Assembly: GCA_046597175.1 (NCBI GenBank)
Contig: JBKJKY010000068.1
Coordinates: forward strand, 1 to 41,179
Direction of reading: 5' to 3'
Source of the DNA: Parcubacteria group bacterium
GTDB lineage: Bacteria; Patescibacteriota; Minisyncoccia; Phycocordibacterales; Zambryskibacteraceae
Length of the DNA: 41,179 bases
The translations under genes and the position numbers were made by a program. This document shows positions 30,801 to 39,478 of this stretch, piece after piece. The stretch's first letter is position 1, and each line of letters begins with the position of its first letter. A model generated the notes under the pieces. That model was given only the letters and a program-made list of their open reading frames with translations, ran no database searches and was not told where the DNA came from.

Positions 30801-32543
30801 ATGTCCCACGAATCAATCGAGGGTTCGAAAACTGGATGCTACCGGAAGCGGTACGCTAAGCTGCGCAATGAGCAAGCTGACTATCGGCCACACTGGCAGG
30901 ATATCGCTGAACATCTAGTTCCTCGGCGTGGTCGCAACTTGATGGGTGAACAGACTGACAATTTCATTCAACAGGGCCAGCAAAAGCACCAGAAGATCAT
31001 CAATGGATCTGCGGTTCAAGCTCTCAAAACTTTAGCAGGTGGATTGCAAGGTGGTCTGACTTCTCCCTCGCGTCCTTGGTTCATGCTCACCGTTGCCGAT
31101 GAGGATCTTGCAGAGTATTCGCCCGTGCGTGAATGGCTCCATGCCGTTCAAACTTTGATGCTTGGGATCTTTCAGCGCTCCAATTTCTACGGGGCAATCC
31201 ATTATCTCTATTGGGAACTCGGTGCGTTCGGTACGGCTGCCATGTTCATTGAGGAGGATCTCGACACGGTTATCCGATGCCGGCCCATGACGATCGGAGA
31301 GTACTGCCTGGCGCTTGATTCTCGTTACAGGCCGAACGCCATGTATCGGCAGTTCTCCATGACGGCGGCTCAAATGCGCGAGAAGTTCGGCAAAGGCGAG
31401 AAGCGGCTCGAAGGATTACCAAAGAACGTGATCCAAGCTCTTAACTCGGGTCAACTTGATACACGTTTTGAAGTTCAGCATGTCGTGGAGAAAAACGAGG
31501 ACGTCGATAAAGACCGCGCTGACTATCGCGGCAAAGAATTTAAGTCAATTTACTATCCACTTTCGGGCGACGGCGAAGATCTCGTCTTGAAAGAATCTGG
31601 TTACGGCTCAATCCCTTTCATTGCTCCCCGTTGGGAAGTCACAGGTGTTGATACCTACGGAAGTTCTCCTGCCATGGATGCTCTCGGTGACGTTAAAATG
31701 CTTCAGAAGATGGAAGAGAAAAAGCTGATGGCTTTGGATAAGTTGGTGAACCCTCCAATGAACGGGCCATCCTCGCTCAGGAATCAAGGTGCAACCACAG
31801 TCGCAGGTGGCGTCAATTGGGTGGACGTAGCGCAAGGCGGGCAAAGCTTTTCTCCTGCATACCTAGTCAATCCGAACCTTCAGCAAATGGGTTTCGAGAT
31901 TGAACGAGTTGAGCGCCGTATTCGTGGCTTCTTTTTCAACGATCTATTCATGTCGGTGATTCAGGCCGACAAGTCTATGACGGCTTTCGAGGTGGCCAAA
32001 CGGCACGAGGAAAAGCTGATGATGCTCGGGCCGATCATTGAGCGTCAACAATCCGAGTCCATGGATCTGATTGTCGACCGTCTCTTTAACATCATGACGG
32101 ATCTGCAGCTACTACCTCCTATTCCTCCAGAGCTGCAAAGCGGGATGCCTCTCAAGGTTCAGTATATCTCTCTCCTGGCGCAAGCGCAGAAGATGGTTGC
32201 TACAGCGCCCATTGAGCAACTCGTCGGATTTGTTGGTCAAGCTGCTCAAGCCAAGATGGCGGCTGAACAGTCTGGCATCATGAAGATTGATTTCGACGAG
32301 TCCATTGATCAATACGCTTCGGCGCTCGGGGTCGCTCCTAAAGTTGTCCGGTCTGACGATGTTGTTGGTCAAATGATGGAGAAAAAACAAAAAGATGCTC
32401 AAGCGCAAATGCTAGCGGCGAATGCTGAGACAATTTCAAAGTCTGTAAAGAACGCTTCTGAGACTCCCGTGGGCGATCAAGGTAAAACCGCCCTTGATGC
32501 TCTACTCGGCGGTATTGGTGGGGCTGCTGCTCCTCGTCGCTAA
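30801..32543 (+). CDS. Portal (head-tail connector) protein
   Basis: 580 aa, between terL and the scaffold/capsid genes. The YRPHWQDIAEHLVPRRGR and SPSRPWFML blocks resemble podovirus connector proteins. Confidence 0.8.
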   Translation: MSHESIEGSKTGCYRKRYAKLRNEQADYRPHWQDIAEHLVPRRGRNLMGEQTDNFIQQGQQKHQKIINGSAVQALKTLAGGLQGGLTSPSRPWFMLTVADEDLAEYSPVREWLHAVQTLMLGIFQRSNFYGAIHYLYWELGAFGTAAMFIEEDLDTVIRCRPMTIGEYCLALDSRYRPNAMYRQFSMTAAQMREKFGKGEKRLEGLPKNVIQALNSGQLDTRFEVQHVVEKNEDVDKDRADYRGKEFKSIYYPLSGDGEDLVLKESGYGSIPFIAPRWEVTGVDTYGSSPAMDALGDVKMLQKMEEKKLMALDKLVNPPMNGPSSLRNQGATTVAGGVNWVDVAQGGQSFSPAYLVNPNLQQMGFEIERVERRIRGFFFNDLFMSVIQADKSMTAFEVAKRHEEKLMMLGPIIERQQSESMDLIVDRLFNIMTDLQLLPPIPPELQSGMPLKVQYISLLAQAQKMVATAPIEQLVGFVGQAAQAKMAAEQSGIMKIDFDESIDQYASALGVAPKVVRSDDVVGQMMEKKQKDAQAQMLAANAETISKSVKNASETPVGDQGKTALDALLGGIGGAAAPRR

Positions 32544-32546
32544 TTT

Positions 32547-32840
32547 ATGGAGCAAAATAAAAATCGTGTTGTCACGGAGGATGACGATCAAGTCCTTCAT
32601 CAAGATCTCCAAGACAAGCGCCGTGAGCGGGAATTAGAAGATATCAAAGCCATTCTCTCAACTCCTGAAGGCGTGCGCTTTTTTAAGCGGCTTCTGGATG
32701 AAGGCAAGATGTTCACGACTGCGATGACTGGCAATTCCTTCACGTTCCACAATGAGGGTAAACGAGATTTCGTTCTCTTATTTTTCAATGACGTAGCTCT
32801 TGTGTGCCCTGAAAAGATTCCTGAACTCATCCTGCGATAA
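32547..32840 (+). CDS. Small conserved head-module protein
   Basis: 97 aa. The GVRFFKRLLDEGKMF...FHNEGKRDF pattern resembles small proteins that follow the portal gene in BPP-1-like phages (from memory only). Confidence 0.5.
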   Translation: MEQNKNRVVTEDDDQVLHQDLQDKRRERELEDIKAILSTPEGVRFFKRLLDEGKMFTTAMTGNSFTFHNEGKRDFVLLFFNDVALVCPEKIPELILR

Positions 32841-32845
32841 GTGGC

Positions 32846-32877
32846 GGGGTCATATACAAGCGAATCTTTTTTGATAG
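32846..32877 (+). promoter_or_regulatory. Conserved late-gene motif, copy C (core plus extension shared with copy A)
   Basis: GGGGTCATATACAAGCGAATCTTTTTTGATAG differs from copy A at 2 of 32 positions. The core ends 39 nt upstream of the scaffold ATG. Confidence 0.5.
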
Positions 32878-32898
32878 AACTGAAAGCAAACCAATTTT

Positions 32899-33612
32899 AT
32901 GGCCGACCAAGTTGCAACACAAAATAACACTGATGCTGGAACGACTACGGACGTAAACGCTAGCGAGACTCTTCTCGTTGCTGAACCTCAAGCGAATCAA
33001 GACAATGCTCAAAAATCTACTGATGCAACTAAAGCTGCTGATGGGATTGAAGCCAAACCTACCACCGCCACTACCGCTGATGCCGATGCTGAAAAGCAGA
33101 AAGCCGCAGGGGAAAAGGCGAAAGAAGGCAAAGCGGAAGGCGCTCCTGAAAAGTATGAGTTCAAAGCTGCCGAAGGCGTAACGCTAGATGCGGATCTCGT
33201 CACAGAACTCTCAACCGTCGCGAAAGAACTGAACCTGCCACAAGAGCAAGCTCAGAAATTCGCTGACCTTGGGGGCAAGCTTGTCGAGAAGACCGCAAAA
33301 GGGATTCAAGAGGCTCAAACCAAGTCCTGGGCGGAAGCTCGGACTAAGTGGGTCACAGAAATCAAAACCGATAAGGAGCTTGGCGGTTCCAATTTCTCGC
33401 AATCGCGGGAGATGGCTTTAAGGGCCGTTCGGTTTGCAGGTGTTCCAGAACTCAAGCAGGTGTTTGACAGCGGTTGGGGTGATCACCCCGCGCTTTTCAA
33501 AGCATTTGTGAAATTCGGAAAGGCTCTCGGCGAAGATCGAATGATCGATGCCGATGTCAACGCTGGCTCAAAGAGCGCGGCGCAAGTCCTCTATCCGTCT
33601 CAAAATCAGTAA
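32899..33612 (+). CDS. Scaffolding protein
   Basis: 237 aa, Ala/Glu/Lys-rich and helical, between the portal and major capsid genes. Confidence 0.6.
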   Translation: MADQVATQNNTDAGTTTDVNASETLLVAEPQANQDNAQKSTDATKAADGIEAKPTTATTADADAEKQKAAGEKAKEGKAEGAPEKYEFKAAEGVTLDADLVTELSTVAKELNLPQEQAQKFADLGGKLVEKTAKGIQEAQTKSWAEARTKWVTEIKTDKELGGSNFSQSREMALRAVRFAGVPELKQVFDSGWGDHPALFKAFVKFGKALGEDRMIDADVNAGSKSAAQVLYPSQNQ

Positions 33613-33631
33613 CAATCAAAAATAAAACTAT

Positions 33632-34627
33632 ATGGCTACAATCGGCACAACTCGGGCCACCCTCGTCGACGTTGCGAAACGTACGGACGGAGATGGCAAA
33701 ATCTCAAAGATCGTCGAGATCCTCAGTGAGAACAATGAAATCCTCGAAGACATGCAATGGTCTGAAGGCAATCTGCCTACAGGTCACAGAACCACGATCC
33801 GCTCTGGTCTGCCTTCTCCGACCTGGCGCTTGCTGAACTACGGCGTTCAGCCTACCAAGAGCCGTACGGTTCAGGTGACTGACAGCTGCGGTATGCTCGA
33901 AGCTTACTCGGAAGTTGATAAAGCTCTTGCTGACCTTAACGGGAACAGCGCTGAGTTTCGTCTCTCTGAAGATCGCGGTCACATCGAGGGGATGAACATC
34001 TCCTTCGCGTCGACCTTGTTCTACGGCAACACGGCTACCAACCCCGAGCGCTTCATGGGGCTCGCTTCTCGGTACAACAGCTTGGCTGCTGAGAATGCTT
34101 CAAACATCATCCCTGGCGGCGGCGCTGCTTCTGACAATACCTCCATCTGGCTGGTATGTTGGGGCGACAACACGATCCACGGCATCTATCCCAAAGGATC
34201 GAAAGCCGGTCTCTCTGTGACTGACAAAGGTCAGGTTACCATTGAGAACGCTGACGGAGCATCTGGCCGCATGGAAGGTTATCGCACTCACTTCAAGTGG
34301 GATTGCGGTCTAACTCTACGCGACTGGCGTTATGTCGTTCGTATCGCGAACATCAAAGGATCAACCCTGACCAAGAACGCTGCTACCGGTGGCGACTTGA
34401 TCGACTTGATGAGCCAGGCTGTTGAAATCATGCCTTCGCTCTCCATGGGCAAAGCGGTGTTTTATTGCAATCGTACGGTCAAGAGTTTCTTGCGCCGCCA
34501 GATTGCTAACCGCGTAGCAAGCAACCTCAACCTTGATACTGTCTCGGGCAAACCCGTGATGTCGTTCGACGGCATCCCTGTGAAGCGTTGCGACGGTCTC
34601 CTCAACACTGAGGCCACTGTTTCCTAA
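33632..34627 (+). CDS. Major capsid protein
   Basis: 331 aa. Its position and the blocks LPSPTWRLLNYGV, GMLEAYSEVD and FMGLASRYN are typical of an HK97-fold podovirus MCP family. Confidence 0.8.
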   Translation: MATIGTTRATLVDVAKRTDGDGKISKIVEILSENNEILEDMQWSEGNLPTGHRTTIRSGLPSPTWRLLNYGVQPTKSRTVQVTDSCGMLEAYSEVDKALADLNGNSAEFRLSEDRGHIEGMNISFASTLFYGNTATNPERFMGLASRYNSLAAENASNIIPGGGAASDNTSIWLVCWGDNTIHGIYPKGSKAGLSVTDKGQVTIENADGASGRMEGYRTHFKWDCGLTLRDWRYVVRIANIKGSTLTKNAATGGDLIDLMSQAVEIMPSLSMGKAVFYCNRTVKSFLRRQIANRVASNLNLDTVSGKPVMSFDGIPVKRCDGLLNTEATVS

Positions 34628-34662
34628 TTGGAAAGTAACTCTCTAACAAGAAATCAAATTAT

Positions 34663-35067
34663 ATGATTATCGATGCACAAGCACAATTCAGTTCTGCTCA
34701 AGCCATCACGGCTAGTGCAGCTTCCACCAATGTCTATGATACTGGTGCGGCTGCTGATGTAGGCAATGGTGAAGCACTGCGATTCTATTGCAGCCTCACC
34801 GAAGCCTTTAACACCCTCACATCCTTGGATTTCATTCTGCAATCCTCGACGGACAACTCGACGTTTGTTGATCACTACAAAGTGAACAAGCTCTTGGCAG
34901 CGCTGGTGATCAATGCCGACATTGATTTGCCTCCCGCTCCTACGGGTCTGAATCGTTATGTTCGGTTGTACTACACTGTGAACGGAACGAATCCTACCAC
35001 TGGCAAAATCAGCTCTGGTATTGTTCTGAATCGTCACAAAAACGTAGCAACGACTGACTTCGCTTAG
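34663..35067 (+). CDS. Capsid cement/decoration protein (Bbp16-like)
   Basis: The N-terminus MIIDAQAQFSSAQAITASAASTNVYDTG matches my memory of the Bbp16 cement protein family. It lies directly after the MCP gene. Confidence 0.55.
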   Translation: MIIDAQAQFSSAQAITASAASTNVYDTGAAADVGNGEALRFYCSLTEAFNTLTSLDFILQSSTDNSTFVDHYKVNKLLAALVINADIDLPPAPTGLNRYVRLYYTVNGTNPTTGKISSGIVLNRHKNVATTDFA

Positions 35068-35076
35068 TCCTGACGA

Positions 35077-35331
35077 ATGAAATGCTTCTGCAAAGTAGCA
35101 TGTTTCGACAGTAATGGTCGGCTTTGGTCTCCTGGGGAAACTCAGGAGATCAAAGCAGGGGCCAAGATTCCCGATCACTTCGAAGCTTCGGCTCCAGAGA
35201 AGATCGAGGAAGCTCCTGAAATCAGGGCGTTCAGTCAAATGAATACCTCGGGGCCAGTTGAAGACGGCTCAAAGGGGCCTGTAGCTATCAGTCAACTTGG
35301 CAAGCCTTTGAAGGGTGCCAAAAACAAGTAG
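35077..35331 (+). CDS. Hypothetical protein
   Basis: 84-aa ORF in the head-tail module. Confidence 0.45.
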   Translation: MKCFCKVACFDSNGRLWSPGETQEIKAGAKIPDHFEASAPEKIEEAPEIRAFSQMNTSGPVEDGSKGPVAISQLGKPLKGAKNK

Positions 35332-35354
35332 CGGTTTAACGGCGGTTTGTTCTT

Positions 35355-35945
35355 ATGGCGAACCAAGTGGAAATTTGCAATCTAGCGCTGCGCCAGGTCA
35401 AGGGCGGGCGAATTGAAAGTATCACTGAGAGTTCCACGGAAGCGGAAACTCTTCGGGATATTTACGAAATTTGCCGAGACTCGGCTTTAACTGATATCTC
35501 TCCACGCTGGGCTCGCAAGCAAGCTGCACTTGCTCTCCTTACGGAGACGGTGAGCGGGTTTGATTACGTCTACCAATATCCCGCGGATTGTCTTCGGGCA
35601 GATAAAATTTACAACTCTGCCAGCGATTCAGAAGAGGATCGGTTGCCATTCGAGATTGGAACTAATGCTGCTGGAACGGCTCCAGTGATCATGACCATGA
35701 TCGAAGAAGCCGAACTGATTTACGTTGCCAAGATTACAACCACAGCGGCTTATGATTTCCTTTTCGTTGAAGCTCTGGCTTGGAAATTGGCAATGTATTT
35801 AGCCATGCCTTTGAAGGGCGATGACAAGCTTCAGGCTCAAGCGGCTCGCGCTTATGCAGGTGCGGTCGGCATGGCAAAGTCGAATACCAGGAATGAAGGG
35901 CATGTAGCTCCTGAAGTCACAAGCTCGTTTGTGAGGGCGCGCTGA
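35355..35945 (+). CDS. Tail tubular protein A / adaptor (T7 gp11-like)
   Basis: 196 aa, the same length as T7 gp11. The N-terminus ICNLALRQVKGGRIESITESSTEAE is typical of the family. Confidence 0.65.
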   Translation: MANQVEICNLALRQVKGGRIESITESSTEAETLRDIYEICRDSALTDISPRWARKQAALALLTETVSGFDYVYQYPADCLRADKIYNSASDSEEDRLPFEIGTNAAGTAPVIMTMIEEAELIYVAKITTTAAYDFLFVEALAWKLAMYLAMPLKGDDKLQAQAARAYAGAVGMAKSNTRNEGHVAPEVTSSFVRAR

Positions 35946-38449
35946 TGCCCGTCTCCATCTCTCAACGGTCCTTCACGGGGGGGTGCTGGTCGCCTTCCCT
36001 TGATCCTCGCACCGATCTAGCCAAGTACGCAACCGCGGTCAAAACCATGCGGAATATGTATCCGCATGTGCACGGCGGCGCTTCCAATCGCGGCGGCACG
36101 GATTATGTCGTTGAACTCAAAGACTCGACCAAAGTAGGTCGGCTCGTGCCCTTTCAATTTTCCACAGTTCAGTCTTACATTCTCGACTTTGAAGATCAGG
36201 TAATTCGATTCGTTAAAGACGGCGGCGTGATCACGGAGGCGGCGCAAGTCATCTCTGGAATTACTCAAGCCAATCCTGCGGTGGTGACCTATGTCGGCGC
36301 CGATACCTACGCAAACGGTGACAGGGTTATCATCTCGGGCGTGCTTGGCATGGTTCAGGTCAACAATCGGGAGTTTACCGTTGCCAATGTGAATGTTGGT
36401 GCCAATACATTTGAACTCTCGGGAATTAATAGCACCGCGTACACGGCATATGCTTCAGGTGGGACGGCCTCGGAAATATATCAGGTCACGACTCCTTATC
36501 TGGAAGCGGATTTGCCTCTGCTCAAATTCAGACAATCGGCTGACACAATCTTCATCACGCATCCTAGCTATGCTCGCCGTAAGCTTACGCGCACCGCACA
36601 CACGTCTTGGACGTTAAGTCTCGTCACGGCAGGATCAACCATTGCGGCCCCTACAGGCCTAGCTACAACGTCAGCAGGGGCCATCTCCTATGCGGTGACA
36701 GGAAAGACAAGTGCGGGTGTCGAATCGGCTCCATCAACTTCGGTGGCGAGCACCAACACGGGAACCCTTTCATGGACGGCGGCAACTGGGGCTGACTCCT
36801 ATTCGGTGTATCAGTCTGTCAACGGCATCTACCAATGGCTGGGTGATGCGGTGGGACTGTCCTTTGTCCTGACGGCGGCTTTGGTGGCTGATGTCGATTC
36901 TTCAGCTCCTCAAGCAACCGACCCTTTTGGTTCAGCGGGAAACTATCCTGGATGCGCGGCCTTCTTCAAGCAGAGGCTCCTTTTTGCTCGTACAAACAAT
37001 GAACCGCAAACCTTTTGGGGCTCTCGTGTGGGTGACTTCCAAAATAATAATATCTCGACTCCCGTGCAGGACGATGACGCTTACAAGCGAAGCGTAGACT
37101 CCGATCAGGTGAATGAAATCCGATGGATGGAACGGCTCCGCGATTTGATCATTGGAACGTCTGGCGGTGAATTTAAGCTTGCTCCTGGCGAGAACACACC
37201 GACTTCTTTAAAGCTGGAAGATCAAAGCTCCTGGGGAGTGTCTGATATCCAGCCTATCAAGATCGGAACAACGTTGCTCTTTGTCGACGGCTCCAATAAG
37301 CGTGTGCGCGATCTTCTATTCTCATTTGCCACCGATGGATATGAGGGATCTGATTTAACGATTCTTGCCCAGCATCTCTTTGAGACTTACGAGATCAGCC
37401 AATGGTGCTACGCGAGGCAGCCCGATTCCCTCGTGTGGACTGTGAGATCTGACGGAGATGCTCCCGTTTTAGCCTACAACAAGGAACATCAAGTTAATGG
37501 ATGGTGTGTCATGGATACGGACGGAACATTTGAGAGCGCTGCTTCCATCCAGACAACTGATGGAACCAATGATGTTTACTTCATCGTTAAAAGGACGATC
37601 AATAGCGTAACCAAGCGGTATATTGAGAAGTTGCACCCTCGCACTTTCATCGATATTGAGGACGCTTATTTTGTCGACTGCGGATTGACCTATGACGGAT
37701 CGCGGGCGGTTACGCTCACTCCTGGAACTGGCGCACTCACTCAAGGCACAACGGCGGTAGTCTTCACGGCTGGTTCGGCCACGTTCGCGGCGACCGATGT
37801 CGGGCGTTACATTCATTACAGGTACGCCACGGGCGCATTGGATGACAATGGAATCCCCCTTTACCTGACGGCGCGGGCTCTCATTACGGCCTACACTTCG
37901 ACCACAGTAGTACGAGCCACGATCATAAATATCTTCCCATCCTTAACGGCTATTGCTTCTGGTGCATGGCGCATGAGCACAACGTCGATCAGCGGCTTGT
38001 ACCATCTCGAGGGGAAAACTCTTGTCGCGTTTGCTGACGGCAACGTCATGACGGATTTACTGGTGACAGGTGGCGCAATCACGCTTCCTGCGGCTGCAAG
38101 TAAACTTCATATTGGTATCGCCTACACCTCAGACCTTTACACTCTCGGCTTTGATTATCCCACGCAGGCGGGGTCAGTGCAGGATAAGATCAAAGACATC
38201 GCGAGCGTTACTGTTTACCTGCGCAATACTCGCGAGCTTTGGATTGGCCCTGATGAAGATCATCTTGTTGAGGCTAAATTCAGGACGGACGAAGATTATG
38301 GCGATCCGATTCGGCTCTATACTGGGCCAAAGATTGTCTCAATTCCCCCAGGGGATCTGACTGAGGCTCGGGTTTTCATGCAAGTGCGTAGCCCTGTTCC
38401 CTTTACAATTGGCGCGGTCATTCCTCAAATATCCAATGGCCGCTTCTAA
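35945..38449 (+). CDS. Tail tubular protein B / nozzle (T7 gp12-like) with an FN3-like insertion
   Basis: 834 aa. The N-terminus QRSFTGG...DLAKYATAV...FQFSTVQSYILDF is nozzle-like. Nt 36645-36845 encode TLSWTAATGADSYSVYQSVNG (FN3-like). Confidence 0.65.
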   Translation: MPVSISQRSFTGGCWSPSLDPRTDLAKYATAVKTMRNMYPHVHGGASNRGGTDYVVELKDSTKVGRLVPFQFSTVQSYILDFEDQVIRFVKDGGVITEAAQVISGITQANPAVVTYVGADTYANGDRVIISGVLGMVQVNNREFTVANVNVGANTFELSGINSTAYTAYASGGTASEIYQVTTPYLEADLPLLKFRQSADTIFITHPSYARRKLTRTAHTSWTLSLVTAGSTIAAPTGLATTSAGAISYAVTGKTSAGVESAPSTSVASTNTGTLSWTAATGADSYSVYQSVNGIYQWLGDAVGLSFVLTAALVADVDSSAPQATDPFGSAGNYPGCAAFFKQRLLFARTNNEPQTFWGSRVGDFQNNNISTPVQDDDAYKRSVDSDQVNEIRWMERLRDLIIGTSGGEFKLAPGENTPTSLKLEDQSSWGVSDIQPIKIGTTLLFVDGSNKRVRDLLFSFATDGYEGSDLTILAQHLFETYEISQWCYARQPDSLVWTVRSDGDAPVLAYNKEHQVNGWCVMDTDGTFESAASIQTTDGTNDVYFIVKRTINSVTKRYIEKLHPRTFIDIEDAYFVDCGLTYDGSRAVTLTPGTGALTQGTTAVVFTAGSATFAATDVGRYIHYRYATGALDDNGIPLYLTARALITAYTSTTVVRATIINIFPSLTAIASGAWRMSTTSISGLYHLEGKTLVAFADGNVMTDLLVTGGAITLPAAASKLHIGIAYTSDLYTLGFDYPTQAGSVQDKIKDIASVTVYLRNTRELWIGPDEDHLVEAKFRTDEDYGDPIRLYTGPKIVSIPPGDLTEARVFMQVRSPVPFTIGAVIPQISNGRF

Positions 38450-38897
38450 ATATGGGCATGAAGTCACAACCTTGGAGCATGTCGAATCCTTGGCTTTAAG
38501 GTTGAGGGATTCTGATTTACGGGAGATCGAAGCTTCTACCGGACGAGATCCAACGGAAGCAATGAGGCTCAGCTTTCAGCATTCCGTCATGTGCTGGACG
38601 GCGTTCAAGGATGAGGTGCCTTTCTGCGTCTTTGGGGCGGCTTCACCTTGCGTGATGTCGGATACGGGCGTGCCGTGGATGATGGGCTCAAAGGAGCTTA
38701 ATTATGCGGGTATAGAAATCGTCAAATCTTCAAGGTACTATCTACAGGAAATGAGGCGGAGCTTTCCCATCTTGGCAAATTACATCGACGCGCGACAGCT
38801 GCGGTCAATTCGTTGGCTCAAGTGGCTTGGCTTCAAGCTAGAGAAACCAGAACCCTACGGCGTCCTTAGATTGCCGTTCCATCGGTTTTCAATTTAA
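38436..38897 (+). CDS. Internal virion protein A (T7 gp13-like)
   Basis: The ATG at 38436 gives MAASKYGHE. 153 aa. The C-terminal IRWLKWLGFK pattern and the position after the nozzle gene fit gp13. Confidence 0.5.
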   Translation: MAASKYGHEVTTLEHVESLALRLRDSDLREIEASTGRDPTEAMRLSFQHSVMCWTAFKDEVPFCVFGAASPCVMSDTGVPWMMGSKELNYAGIEIVKSSRYYLQEMRRSFPILANYIDARQLRSIRWLKWLGFKLEKPEPYGVLRLPFHRFSI

Positions 38898-38900
38898 TTT

Positions 38901-39476
38901 ATGTGTGAAGCAGCTTCAGCTATAGCAATCGCTGGTTTAGCTTTAACGGCGGCAGCTACGGCTACGTCGGTTTATTCCGCTTACGAACAAAACGAGTCTC
39001 AGAATAAAGCGAACGATTACAACGCGGCGGTGATGAACCGCAACGCGGAGAACTCCAATGCTCAAGCCACCCGAGTTGAAGAGCAAGGTGCAATCGACGA
39101 AAAGGTGCACCGTCAAAAGGTTCAGCAAATGATCGGCACGCAAAGGGCTGGCTTTGCCAATACCGGCTTACTCGTCGACGATGGCACATCGCTCGATGTC
39201 ACAAAAGACACGGCGGGCTTTGGCGATCTGGATGCTCAGACGATCCGCAACAATGCTGCGGTTCAAGCATGGGGCGTGCGTAATCAATCGGCTGATTACA
39301 GAGCGGGAGCCAATCTTGCAACAATGCGGAACAGTAGTGGAATGCTCCAAGCGGGCGGATCTCTCCTAGCTGGTGGCTCTCAACTTGTCGGTCAATATAG
39401 CTCTGCAAAACAAGCGGGTGCATTTTCTGGTTCTGGACGTCCTGCAAGCATTAAGGCCCAACAAGTTTACATGTAA
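38901..39476 (+). CDS. Internal virion protein B (T7 gp14-like)
   Basis: 191 aa with an N-terminal hydrophobic helix (AIAIAGLALTAAATA). The position matches gp14 (196 aa in T7). Confidence 0.55.
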   Translation: MCEAASAIAIAGLALTAAATATSVYSAYEQNESQNKANDYNAAVMNRNAENSNAQATRVEEQGAIDEKVHRQKVQQMIGTQRAGFANTGLLVDDGTSLDVTKDTAGFGDLDAQTIRNNAAVQAWGVRNQSADYRAGANLATMRNSSGMLQAGGSLLAGGSQLVGQYSSAKQAGAFSGSGRPASIKAQQVYM

Positions 39477-39478
39477 TC

